Of a DNA stretch of 50,126 bases, positions 1 to 8,303 are shown piece after piece. The stretch is taken from positions 1 through 50,126 of IMG/VR virus record IMGVR_UViG_3300005921_000003, one strand, 5' to 3'. Below the pieces are notes generated by a model. That model worked only from the letters and a program-made list of their open reading frames with translations. It searched no databases and was not told the DNA's origin. Source of the stretch: a virus. Lineage: Duplodnaviria; Caudoviricetes. Each line of letters begins with the position of its first letter. The stretch's first letter is position 1. Made by a program: the position numbers and the translations under genes.

Positions 1-80
1 TGAAACTCTCAGTCCCATCTTCGCAAAATTCACGCGCGCACGCAAGAGCGTTTCACGTGGAACCGTTTTTCAAAAAAAAA
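1..80. repeat. Terminal direct repeat (left copy)
   Basis: Bases 1-80 are identical to 50047-50126; most simply an assembler circularity overlap, implying a complete circular or permuted genome. Confidence 0.95.
49..64. promoter_or_regulatory. parS: parS-like centromere site
   Basis: cGTTTCACGTGGAACc: the 14-bp core is identical to the core of the B. subtilis-type chromosomal parS TGTTTCACGTGGAACA; intergenic. Confidence 0.7.
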
Positions 81-694
81 TCCTCACGCCCGCCCGCGGA
101 GAGTTAACCACCAACGACTCTAACGGCGAAGCAACCAACCGCCGCCCTCCAACCAGTTTTTTTTGAAAAGCCCCCGAAGCCTCAAATCAGTCAGCCGCGC
201 GCGTGCCGGCGGATTGGGCCTTCGAGCCGTGCCAAAGCCCGCGAACCACTGTGCCAAAAACCTGGCACTCCTCGCCTGAGGGCGGGGTGGGTGGCCTGGG
301 AGGGTGAGTCGTTTTCGCTCCGTCCTGGGATGCCTTCGCGCTGTCGCCTGGAGGTTAGGTTCACCATCGCTCGGCGCCCGGCTTCGCCGTGCTCGAGCTC
401 TCGGTTAACTGAGCTCGGCCCTATCGAGCCTTCGCGTAAGGCTCCGCCGTTCGGATCGTTGCGACCGAAGCGGCCGCGGGGCGGCCCGGTTATCTGGTCG
501 CTTTGCTCCCCTGTGCGGGCCTTTGCTCCGCTTCGTCCCTTGTCGGAGCCCCTTCGGGGCGTAGGAAGGCCCCAATCTCCGTAGGTCCTTTCCCCGTGAG
601 TTTGTCGTCGCTCGAGTTCGGCGTCGCTCGAGCCGCCGCGCTTGTCCTGGGATTGCGAATTGCCAGGCGGATGCGCGGTTGCGTCCTTAGCCGT

Positions 695-976
695 CTAGCC
701 TATGCGATAGCGATACGGCTCCGGTAGATTGGTTGGTGTCATAGCCGTGATCGTGGCCTCGAGCTGAGGCTGATAGCCGAACGCACCCGCTTTGACGATC
801 GTGCCCTTCGGGCGACGACGTCCTTTGATCCCGGCGGCTGATGCGGCGGTTGTAGCCGTTCCGCAGGCGGATCGTTTAGCCTGATACTGAGCTTTCTGCT
901 TCTTGGTCATGCGCCGGCGACGACGGACTACCTGATGCGGCAGGTCGATCGTTTCGCGGCTGATGAGAGGTTTCAC
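695..976 (-). CDS. Hypothetical basic protein
   Basis: Open frame; GTG at 976 preceded by an AAGGAG RBS; Arg/Lys-rich. Confidence 0.5.
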   Translation of the reverse strand: MKPLISRETIDLPHQVVRRRRRMTKKQKAQYQAKRSACGTATTAASAAGIKGRRRPKGTIVKAGAFGYQPQLEATITAMTPTNLPEPYRYRIG

Positions 977-1020
977 GTAAACTCCTTTGCTGTCGAGCCC
1001 CTCCAGGATACCATAAACGT

Positions 1021-1052
1021 CAAGAGCCCCGGAGTTTACCGCAGGGCTCTTG
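1021..1052 (-). terminator. Stem-loop, possible terminator/attenuator
   Basis: CAAGAGCCC...GGGCTCTTG inverted repeat downstream of the leftward promoter. Confidence 0.4.
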
Positions 1053-1083
1053 GAAGTGAACCATTGCTCGACGGCTCGCCGTA

Positions 1084-1112
1084 ACCGTATCACGCCGTTA
1101 CGTTACCGTCAA
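1084..1112 (-). promoter_or_regulatory. Sigma70-type promoter (leftward)
   Basis: TTGACG-N17-TACGGT on the - strand. Confidence 0.45.
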
Positions 1113-1199
1113 GCGCGATAACCCTGAAACGAGCGACGGAATAAGGCCGTAGGAGCCGTTTTACCGCGCCCGCATGACCTAGACCTCGGCCCAAAAAGC

Positions 1200-1228
1200 T
1201 TGAAGCGCCTCATCCTTTCGGGTATACT
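1200..1228 (+). promoter_or_regulatory. Sigma70-type promoter
   Basis: TTGAAG-N17-TATACT, 8 nt before ATG 1237. Confidence 0.55.
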
Positions 1229-1236
1229 TGGATGGT

Positions 1237-1497
1237 ATGAAACCCGCACGCTATAGGTGTACTAAATGCCGCGCCCCGATCGAACCCATGCGAGCTGCCG
1301 CAGCCCTCTCTCGAGGCCGCGAGCCGACCTACTGCTCAAGCCGTTGCAAGAACGCTGCAGCTGCCGCTAGGAACCGCGCTAAACCTGCCGCGCCGAACGC
1401 CGTTCCGCTCCCGCCGGCGGCTCCCGCCGCGTCGATCATCTCGGTTTCCACCCTGGTCGAAAGACTTGCGGCCGCGATGGGGAAAACCCTTGACTAG
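1237..1497 (+). CDS. Small zinc-finger protein (CGNR-like)
   Basis: CxxC...YCSxxC followed by a basic helix; paralog at 12128. Confidence 0.65.
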   Translation: MKPARYRCTKCRAPIEPMRAAAALSRGREPTYCSSRCKNAAAAARNRAKPAAPNAVPLPPAAPAASIISVSTLVERLAAAMGKTLD

Positions 1498-1518
1498 TAA
1501 CCCTTATAGGTGTATAGT
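1490..1518 (+). promoter_or_regulatory. Strong sigma70-type early promoter
   Basis: TTGACT-N17-TATAGT, followed by an AGGAGG RBS and ATG 1564. Confidence 0.7.
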
Positions 1519-1563
1519 TATTACACAACCAAACCGCCCAGAAGGGCAGGAGGCAAAAGCCAA

Positions 1564-1749
1564 ATGTTAGGATGCGAGATCATCGAGGCCGCGGAACAGG
1601 GCGAGATTCGCTTCTGGAGCCCCAAGCGTACCGCGATCGTACTCTCTGAACACGGGCAGCACCTCAGCGACTTCGTTGACCAATACGCCAATGGCGTGCC
1701 CCAAGTCCGCTACCGCGCCGATGCGGTTCTTCTGTGGCTCGGGTACTAG
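1564..1749 (+). CDS. Hypothetical early protein
   Basis: AGGAGG RBS, ATG 1564, 61 aa. Confidence 0.65.
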   Translation: MLGCEIIEAAEQGEIRFWSPKRTAIVLSEHGQHLSDFVDQYANGVPQVRYRADAVLLWLGY

Positions 1750-2029
1750 CATGAACTCCTTTGACACCAACGTCCAAGCAGCCGAAGCGGGTACTGGGTC
1801 AGTTTGAGTAGCTGCCAAGCGCACAAACATTAAGGCCCGGTAGGGGGCGACGAAAGCCGCCCCTGCGTTCCGTTCCGATCGGGCGCGTCCCTAATGCCGC
1901 TTATAAGTACGAGAGGAACCGCCGATCCCGCACATTCGCAGAACCGACGTTCAGACCGCAGCCCGGGAGTATCGGGAACGATTAGGCAGAAAGCCCCTTC
2001 CTCGCTCCAAGCCTGTGCGAGGGAGGCGT

Positions 2030-2920
2030 ATGACTTGTTGCGTCGCGGCTTTAGCCGATAACGCGCGTACGATCATTCTGGTTAGTGACCGCCAAATTGG
2101 GTTACGGATGATTTCAACCGACCCTGAAACGGTAAAAGCCAGGCAAGTTCATCCTAGATGGTGGCTGATGTACGCGGGTGATGATATCTCCCCGATTTTC
2201 AACATTGCGGACGCCATTCAAGAGGCGCTGAAAGAGCTAAGCGGTGGGCAGGCAGCAATAGACAATAATGCTACGACTATCCCGTCAATCTCGGACGTCG
2301 AGAAAAAGGTGAGCGAATGCGTCCAAAACGAGCGCCAAGCGGAGGTTGAAGCTCAATACCTGCGGCCACGGGGCTGGACGTTTGATACATTCCAACGGCA
2401 GGCACCCCACTTGCCCAAAAAACTTGTGACCTCAGTAGTCAACGAAGTCAACTCTCATGATATGCCGATATCATTGCTGCTCGCTGGATTCGATCGCCTA
2501 GGCTACGGATATTTGTTTACCGTCTACGGAACATCTATGTATCCTCGTCGCCACGATAATCCCGGCTATACGGCGATCGGGAGTGGCAGCGAGGCGGCTC
2601 AGTATTGGATGGGATACCGAGATATTGGGTACTTGTCTGGTTCCCGAGAGGTATTATACTCAGCGGTTGAAGGCAAATACTTCGCTGAGCTTTCACTTGG
2701 CGTTGGCGAATATACCGACGTTCATATCCTGCGCGCAGACAAGCCGGTACTAAGACTTTCGGACGACCTGATTGATAAGCAGATAATAGAGCCAATTCTT
2801 AAACGCATGGCCCCACGTTGGATAAGCGACGCTTTCCGAAAGAGGCTTAACACGATAGAAGTCTTGCAAGACCTTCCGCTGCTTAAGCTCGATAAGGAAC
2901 CTAAGCCCGCAGCTACTTAG
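2030..2920 (+). CDS. Proteasome beta-subunit-like Ntn hydrolase (IS passenger)
   Basis: GGGAGG RBS then M-T (N-terminal Thr nucleophile); SDR, conserved K, YAG, LLLAG, AIGSG and GVG..TD motifs typical of proteasome-beta/HslV folds. Confidence 0.75.
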   Translation: MTCCVAALADNARTIILVSDRQIGLRMISTDPETVKARQVHPRWWLMYAGDDISPIFNIADAIQEALKELSGGQAAIDNNATTIPSISDVEKKVSECVQNERQAEVEAQYLRPRGWTFDTFQRQAPHLPKKLVTSVVNEVNSHDMPISLLLAGFDRLGYGYLFTVYGTSMYPRRHDNPGYTAIGSGSEAAQYWMGYRDIGYLSGSREVLYSAVEGKYFAELSLGVGEYTDVHILRADKPVLRLSDDLIDKQIIEPILKRMAPRWISDAFRKRLNTIEVLQDLPLLKLDKEPKPAAT

Positions 2921-3771
2921 GCGGCCTCGCTATCCCGCAGAACGTCTGGCAGCCTAGCTAGGTCATGCAACGTCCAGATGCGATCGGTAACGCCCGCTGC
3001 GATTGCCGGCGTCGTCTTTACTGCGGCATGGCGCTTGATGAAGTTATAATACATAAAGTGCAGCGCGATCGCTCGCTGGTGGTTTTGCGCCTTCTTGGAG
3101 AAGGCGTTGGTCAGCCGCGTAAATCGCCGAATATGCATCCGCATCGTCAGGTTATTGCGCTCAACGTGGGCGGTCGTAATATGGTCCGGGTCAGGAGCGC
3201 CCCAAACTGAGGTGCGGATGACGTCCGTGACCACCATTGGCGAATACTTGGTATCGGCGCTCTCGAAGGGAATCCGCCCGTAAACCTTCACCTCGGTTCC
3301 GTGATCGGCGCGAGGAAACAGGGTTTCGATCGGCTCGTTATAGATGCCGAAGCCATCGGTCGTTATTTGGACCGCAGCCGATCTCACCCGCTCGGCTAGG
3401 TCGCGAATGAACCGCCAGGCGTCATCACGGCTACGCTTGCCAAGGTGCCAGGATACTACTAGCTTCGAATCGGGGTCTATCGCGGTCCAGGTCCACATAT
3501 CGCCCAGGCCAAGGGTTCCGCGCAGGTCCCGCTTGAGATTCTTCTCTTTGGCATAGCAGAAGGACCAAACCTCATCGCATTGGATGCGCGCGGAGCACAG
3601 GTTCCGCAGGTTCGCGAATTGGTACTCGTCGCAAGCATCGCCAACCTCAGCTAGGAGCTTAACAACCGTATTCTTCGCAGCTCCGGTCATGCGGCAAGTG
3701 GCGCGAATAGAAGCGCCTTCGCAAAGCGCAGCGAGAACCTGAACGCGCTTCTCTAACGGCAACCGATTCAT
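2917..3771 (-). CDS. IS1-family DDE transposase
   Basis: N-terminal HTH (EGASIRATCRMTG), QCDEVWSF, ITTDG, HVERNNLTMR, RRFTRLTNAFSKK; probable start at ATG 3771. Confidence 0.9.
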   Translation of the reverse strand: MNRLPLEKRVQVLAALCEGASIRATCRMTGAAKNTVVKLLAEVGDACDEYQFANLRNLCSARIQCDEVWSFCYAKEKNLKRDLRGTLGLGDMWTWTAIDPDSKLVVSWHLGKRSRDDAWRFIRDLAERVRSAAVQITTDGFGIYNEPIETLFPRADHGTEVKVYGRIPFESADTKYSPMVVTDVIRTSVWGAPDPDHITTAHVERNNLTMRMHIRRFTRLTNAFSKKAQNHQRAIALHFMYYNFIKRHAAVKTTPAIAAGVTDRIWTLHDLARLPDVLRDSEAA

Positions 3772-3777
3772 GCTTAT

Positions 3778-3806
3778 ATTATACTTCACCGATCAAGCAT
3801 TCGCAA
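3778..3806 (-). promoter_or_regulatory. Transposase promoter (leaderless)
   Basis: TTGCGA-N17-TATAAT-N6-ATG. Confidence 0.65.
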
Positions 3807-3847
3807 GCATAGCGGTGGTCATTTTGGCATGAATGGTTTAGTTGACA

Positions 3848-4258
3848 ATGCTTGAAGCGGCGCTGCAAATGCGCTGGCCTCTCTTGCAAGTGTTGTGGGT
3901 TGACAGTACGGACCCGGCAAACGATTGGCTACCGCTTGGGGACCTTGAAGGCTACCCTGGGTCGCTGGATTGTACTTCGGTCGGATGGCTGGTGGGAGAG
4001 GATAAAGAATCCGTTACGCTTGCGGCGCACCTTTCATATCCCGAAGAAGAATGTCCGCGCGTTTGCGGCGTTATCTCTATTCCAAAGGCGGCGATCCTGG
4101 GGACAAAAACGATTAGCGTTTCCTCGTCCGCTTCACTACGCGCTTCGTTTTCCGTACCGGCTTTCGGCTCTTTTTCGGTCCCCTTTTCAGCGTCCGGTCG
4201 GGCTTCTCAGCGGGGACAGCTGGGGCGCTCCGTGCGCCGCCGCGTTTCTTCCCGCTAG
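3848..4258 (+). CDS. Hypothetical protein (IS passenger)
   Basis: VxWxD...W...CxSVGWL...D...IP pattern recalled from small phage beta-barrel proteins; 3' end overlaps an antisense ORF. Confidence 0.55.
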   Translation: MLEAALQMRWPLLQVLWVDSTDPANDWLPLGDLEGYPGSLDCTSVGWLVGEDKESVTLAAHLSYPEEECPRVCGVISIPKAAILGTKTISVSSSASLRASFSVPAFGSFSVPFSASGRASQRGQLGRSVRRRVSSR

Positions 4259-4328
4259 GCGGCTTCCGTTTCTTTTTCTTGTCCTTGACTTTCACGCGTT
4301 TACGCAATCGGTCTACTAACTTACTCAT
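4113..4328 (-). CDS. Very basic Lys/Arg-rich protein (IS passenger)
   Basis: Start overlaps the stop of the upstream gene; about half K/R. Confidence 0.45.
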   Translation of the reverse strand: MSKLVDRLRKRVKVKDKKKKRKPPSGKKRGGARSAPAVPAEKPDRTLKRGPKKSRKPVRKTKRVVKRTRKR

Positions 4329-4596
4329 CCTCGCTCATCCCCCACCGCGCCCTTGCGGCTTTGACGGCGATCGCGTGGCGCTCCTTAGCCGTTAGCGCCT
4401 TAGCGCGTGCCAAACCACCAACCTTGCCGCCTTTGCGGCCTAACGCGACCGCATGAGGATTTTTCTTCGGGGCGGGAGGCTTGGCGGGTTTTGGTGCCCT
4501 CTTGCCGTTCAGAGGTTCTTGCCTGGTCGCTAGCGCAACGATGCGGGCCGCGTTAGCGTTATAGTCACTCGGAGCTTTCCTTGAGCGCTTAACCAT
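4321..4596 (-). CDS. Small basic protein associated with IS1-like elements
   Basis: KNPHAVALGRKGG..GG.ARA..LT..ER..IA.KAA.ARW motif; TACCAT-N6-ATG leaderless start. Confidence 0.75.
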   Translation of the reverse strand: MVKRSRKAPSDYNANAARIVALATRQEPLNGKRAPKPAKPPAPKKNPHAVALGRKGGKVGGLARAKALTAKERHAIAVKAARARWGMSEDE

Positions 4597-4876
4597 AAGC
4601 CGATGGTACCACGACAAAGCCCCGGAAAGCCGCTGCGACATTTATCTAACTGACCCACTACCGCCGAAGCGTGCGTCCTCGACAAGATGGTGCAAGCGCT
4701 CGACAACCTCACGCAGCCATTCTTCGCCGGCAAGACGGCGATCGAGGTTGGCAACGACGGATACCGCGATGGCCTCGCAGATGCGACCCTGACCGAGGAA
4801 ATGGCCGCACCATAGGGAACACTATCAACGGATCCTCGGCTTGCTCCGAGATTACTCCGAAAGTAGACAAGGGAAG

Positions 4877-4914
4877 GAACAGCCCGCTGAAAATAAAGGC
4901 GGGCTGTTCTCTTT
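4877..4914 (+). terminator. Intrinsic terminator-like hairpin
   Basis: GAACAGCCCGC-loop-GCGGGCTGTTC followed by TCTTT. Confidence 0.6.
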
Positions 4915-4940
4915 ACATAGTGGCGCGGTGATGGTAAAGT
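4912..4940 (+). promoter_or_regulatory. Sigma70-type promoter (extended -10, leaderless)
   Basis: TTTACA-N17-TAAAGT with TGn extension, 6 nt before GTG 4947. Confidence 0.6.
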
Positions 4941-4946
4941 AGTGGA

Positions 4947-5177
4947 GTGAACCGAGCCGCACACCGCGCAATCGCCAAGCATCAAGGGAAGTGCATCGAG
5001 CTCTGCGGGCGCAAAGCCGTCCGCGACCGGGTGAGATGCCGCAAGTGCTTGACGGCGGCGAAAGCGGCGCAGGCAAGGAATAGGCAGCGAGCCGCCGAGG
5101 TTCACCGCGAAGCTGCCGATAGCGCGCATGGGGGAGCCGCTACTCCGACGGCTCCCTCGCTCTCGAAAGAAGGATAA
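4947..5177 (+). CDS. Small Cys4 zinc-binding protein
   Basis: CIELC...RCRKC plus a basic helix. Confidence 0.55.
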   Translation: MNRAAHRAIAKHQGKCIELCGRKAVRDRVRCRKCLTAAKAAQARNRQRAAEVHREAADSAHGGAATPTAPSLSKEG

Positions 5178-5178
5178 C

Positions 5179-6218
5179 ATGGGAACCTGGTTTTGTCGAA
5201 ACTGTCATCGTGAGGTTCGCGGGCTCAAGTTCACCGCCTGCGATAAAAAAGCTCACTATTTGACGCCCGTCGTCACGAACGACGAGCCTCGGCCCGGCCT
5301 AAGCCTGGAAGCCGCTCATTTACTCTACGACTGGAGCCATGCGGCGAACAAGGCGTGCGGCGACATCTACAACCCGCAATGCTAAGAACAACGCAAAAGG
5401 GCGCGGTGGACTCCATATCTGCCGCGCCCCTCCCTGACGAAAGGACTCTATGACGGACAATACCACGAAACCCGCCGAAGCGGCAATCCCCGACGAAGGG
5501 CTCCTCTTTCACGCGACCGTGAGAACCGTCCGCGAGAAGTACCGATTTGGCGCCAAGGAATTGCCGGCATACGCCGCAACGCTCGACGCGCTTGGCTTCA
5601 CCGCCGAGATCACGCTCGATGCGCCGCTGCCGTTTCACTCGGAATTCGACGTAATCGTAAAGCCGGTGAAGCCATGAACGACGCGGAGCGAGTTGAAGTA
5701 TCGTGCGCGAAGGCTGCTAAGGCGATTTACACGGGCGAGAGCGAGAACGCGATTAAACAAGCGTTGATGCTTGTCGCCACAGCCGCTCAAGTCGCCGCCA
5801 TTGGTTCAGTAAAGAGCGCGTGGGATAACACCAGGAGGCACTTTAATGGATGAATGGTTCGCGCGATTTAACTACGACCCGCTCCTCGTAGCGGTGCTGG
5901 TGGTGCTGCTGGTCATCGCGTTCGGCGGAATGGCGCTGGATGTTTGGGGGCGGAGATGAAGCGCTGCCGCACCTGCAATCGCATGAAGCCGATCGCGCAA
6001 TTCCACCCGGACTATACCGCGCTTTGCCTTCGCTGTTGGAGTACGCAGCCGGGCTTCGGCACGGACTATCTGGAGGCGCGGGAACCGTATGAGCCGTGGT
6101 TCGCGCGATGACTACGCACCACGATTGGCTAGTATTCGCGTGGGGCTGGCTTTCCGCAATGTTCGGCGTTGCCTTCATGTGGCTCGGACAATCTCTCTGG
6201 GACAAGTGGCATAGCTGA
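5179..6218 (+). other. Cluster of small hypothetical early genes (5179-5385, 5450-5677 and several under 60 aa)
   Basis: Tightly packed, overlapping start/stop codons, RBSs; some CxxC or single-TM peptides. Confidence 0.55.
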
Positions 6219-7072
6219 TGATTGACATCGCCGCTCGCATCCGCGCCGCTGCGCTGGAGGGTTCGCCGCTTCGCGCGCGAGCCGCAGAGCTTTGGAAGCG
6301 ATCCGCGCCACCGCTGTTCGATGAGCATGAGGAGCGCACCGGGCTTCGCGTTTCCGATGCTGGCCGTTGTGTGCGCCAAGTTTGGGATGAGATACACAAC
6401 GGCAAACAGCCGCGCGATCCCGATGTTCAAATCGACAGCCTTGACGATGGGACGCTTATCGGATGCTGGCGCGCTTGCCTTCTCGCCGCCTCACTTAAGG
6501 CGGATGGCTACCACGTCGAGTTAGAGCCCGAGGTGTCGCACGACGGGACGCCGGGGCATATTGACCTTTTTTACCAGCGAATAACCTCCCCGAGTTTAGT
6601 TGAAGATGGCGTCGTAGAGTTTAAGTATACGAAGCAATCCTGGTCGGTTAAGGCACCGGACGAACCCAATAAGAACGGCGACACAAAGCGTTTTCAAATC
6701 CTCCAGCTTATGAAGTATTGCGCGGCAAAGGGATGCGAAGATGGGGCGATCGTTACCATAGCGCCGAGCTGGGAAGGCAAAGGCCGCGTCGATTGGTACA
6801 AGCTCGGCGATTGGCAGCACGCCGTCATCGGCGAATGGCTACGCCTGAGCGCGGCCCTTGGCCCGGTCGAACCGGAAGGTGATGCAGCGGAGAAGTGGCG
6901 CTGCCGCGCCTCGTCCTGCTCGGTGAGCGCGTGCCCGCGAAATGAGAACTACGCTGAACCTCTCGAAGAAAAACTTGCCGCGAGTTTGGCGGCGAGGGAA
7001 ACCGCGCTGAACGAACTGTCGGCGATTACTTCCGCGCCATCTTTTGCGAAGGAACTGGAGAAACTGAAGTAA
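6218..7072 (+). CDS. PD-(D/E)XK exonuclease (Cas4/AddB-like)
   Basis: N-terminal SDAGRC, GHID, VVEFK, QxxxY and C-terminal C-x4-C-x4-C. Confidence 0.7.
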   Translation: MIDIAARIRAAALEGSPLRARAAELWKRSAPPLFDEHEERTGLRVSDAGRCVRQVWDEIHNGKQPRDPDVQIDSLDDGTLIGCWRACLLAASLKADGYHVELEPEVSHDGTPGHIDLFYQRITSPSLVEDGVVEFKYTKQSWSVKAPDEPNKNGDTKRFQILQLMKYCAAKGCEDGAIVTIAPSWEGKGRVDWYKLGDWQHAVIGEWLRLSAALGPVEPEGDAAEKWRCRASSCSVSACPRNENYAEPLEEKLAASLAARETALNELSAITSAPSFAKELEKLK

Positions 7073-7860
7073 TGAACGAGCCAATCGAAGCTGAACACCG
7101 CGCTCTCGCAGTTGTCGAGGAGCCCGTGGCAGCACCCGTCGCGTTGCTGGGCAGCGACGACCCGGCCGTTGCGCTTGACCGCGCCGTGGGCGTTGCGAAC
7201 GTCCTAAAGAAACTCATCGTCGCGCAAGGCTACGCCAAAAAACTCGGCAAGGGCGATCGCGAGTTTGTCGAAGTCGCCGGTTGGCAGGCTCTCGGCGGAT
7301 TCCTCGATACGTTCGCCAAGGTCGAGTGGTCGAAGCCGATTGAACGCGGATTCGAGAGCCGCGTGGTTCTCATTCGACGCGGCCAAGAAGTCGGCGCTGG
7401 CGAAGCGATCTGCACGCGCGATGAACGCAATTGGAAAGACCGTGATGACTTCGCGATTAAAAGTATGTCCCAGACTAGAGCTGCCGGCAAGGCGTTCCGC
7501 TTGACGTTTGGCTGGCTTATGACCATCGCGGGGTACGAGAGCACGCCGCAGGAGGAAATGGTTAGCGCAACGCCGCGTGACCCGAGAGGGCCCAGGCCGC
7601 CCGTCGAAAGCGAAGCGCAGGTAGAGCGCCGGCGCGCTGAGGGTATTGCGCGAATTCACGCCTATTGTCGCACCCACGGCATCGACACCGAGGGCGCAGA
7701 CTCGCCGTATCGCAAACTGCTTCTCACGGATCCAGCGTTCTGCCACCATTTTGAATCGCCGGATTCCGAGGTGACGAGCAAGGCGTTGACTTTGGATGAG
7801 CTTCAGCGCTTCAGCATGGCGCTCCAGGCACTCGTCCGCGAAAGACAGGCCGCGCAATGA
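7072..7860 (+). CDS. Putative ssDNA-annealing/recombination protein
   Basis: Coupled to the exonuclease; V.V.GWQ, SMSQTRA.GKA, AGYESTP.EEM motifs. Confidence 0.55.
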   Translation: MNEPIEAEHRALAVVEEPVAAPVALLGSDDPAVALDRAVGVANVLKKLIVAQGYAKKLGKGDREFVEVAGWQALGGFLDTFAKVEWSKPIERGFESRVVLIRRGQEVGAGEAICTRDERNWKDRDDFAIKSMSQTRAAGKAFRLTFGWLMTIAGYESTPQEEMVSATPRDPRGPRPPVESEAQVERRRAEGIARIHAYCRTHGIDTEGADSPYRKLLLTDPAFCHHFESPDSEVTSKALTLDELQRFSMALQALVRERQAAQ

Positions 7861-8045
7861 ACTCGCCCGAGGTGATTTTCTTCCTACTAGGAGCGGCTGC
7901 AGGCTTCGTTTTGGGCGCCACATTGTACGGGGGGATGAAATGGAGCGCATAAAAGTCCGCATTCCGTTTCCGTTGTTACGCGGTAGTGGCAGCGCGCTAA
8001 TCGCTATCGGCAATTACTGGTTTAGTCTCATTTGGATCGGGCGAA

Positions 8046-8303
8046 ATGCACACTTATAGCACAAAAATGGTTGGCGAGGCTTACGCCTATCGTGGCCCGT
8101 GGGACATTTCAGTTTGGAAGCCCGAAGGAATCACGTTGCATCGCAGAATGAAAGCTAAGGAGCGGTGCGAAGCTAAAACCAGACAGGGAAAGAAATGCAA
8201 GCACCGAGCGCTGTATCTTGACTTCCACACGAGCAAAATCGTTTGCTTCTGCTGGCAGCATAAACACAACCTCGAACCCGGCGTGATGTGGGTGGGCGCA
8301 TGA
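8046..8303 (+). CDS. Hypothetical protein with Cys/His motif
   Basis: [12 protein letters not shown]...FCWQH. Confidence 0.5.
   Translation: MHTYSTKMVGEAYAYRGPWDISVWKPEGITLHRRMKAKERCEAKTRQGKKCKHRALYLDFHTSKIVCFCWQHKHNLEPGVMWVGA

Larger units (their letters stand above)
1790..4662. mobile_element. IS1-family element with passenger genes
   Basis: TIRs GGTACTGGGTCAGTTTGA (1790-1807) and TCTAACTGACCCACTACC (4645-4662), 16/18 match; perfect 9-bp TSD GCCGAAGCG at 1781-1789 and 4663-4671; DDE transposase inside. Confidence 0.92.
1751..4815 (+). pseudogene. 60-aa early gene split by the IS insertion (1751-1789 + 4672-4815)
   Basis: Removing 1790-4671 restores the uninterrupted ORF MNSFDTNVQAAEA|CVLDKMVQALDNLTQPFF...EEMAAP*, starting 1 nt after the upstream stop. 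Confidence 0.75.

Noticed and set aside
1-80. 80-bp repeat as a true biological terminal repeat
   Set aside because: An exact short overlap ending in a homopolymer is typical of assembler circularisation; real termini need read-level data
229-268. TGGCAC as a sigma54 -24 element (CACTGTGCCAA also occurs at 42684-42694)
   Set aside because: No correctly spaced TTGC -12 element; two copies are not enough to call a motif
291-727. ORFs 291-584 and 503-727, and the many antisense ORFs shadowing real genes
   Set aside because: No RBS or motifs; expected in high-GC DNA
970-982. Second parS-like word GTTTCACGTAAAC
   Set aside because: One base short of the palindrome spacing and overlaps a start codon/RBS
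1019-1052. Resemblance to an IS200/IS605 (IscB omega-RNA) left end, GTCAA...hairpin
   Set aside because: No tnpA, tnpB or iscB nearby and similarity is limited to a few bases
1840-1866. GAAA-capped hairpin inside the IS left end
   Set aside because: A single stem-loop without a U-tract; not enough to call a terminator or ncRNA
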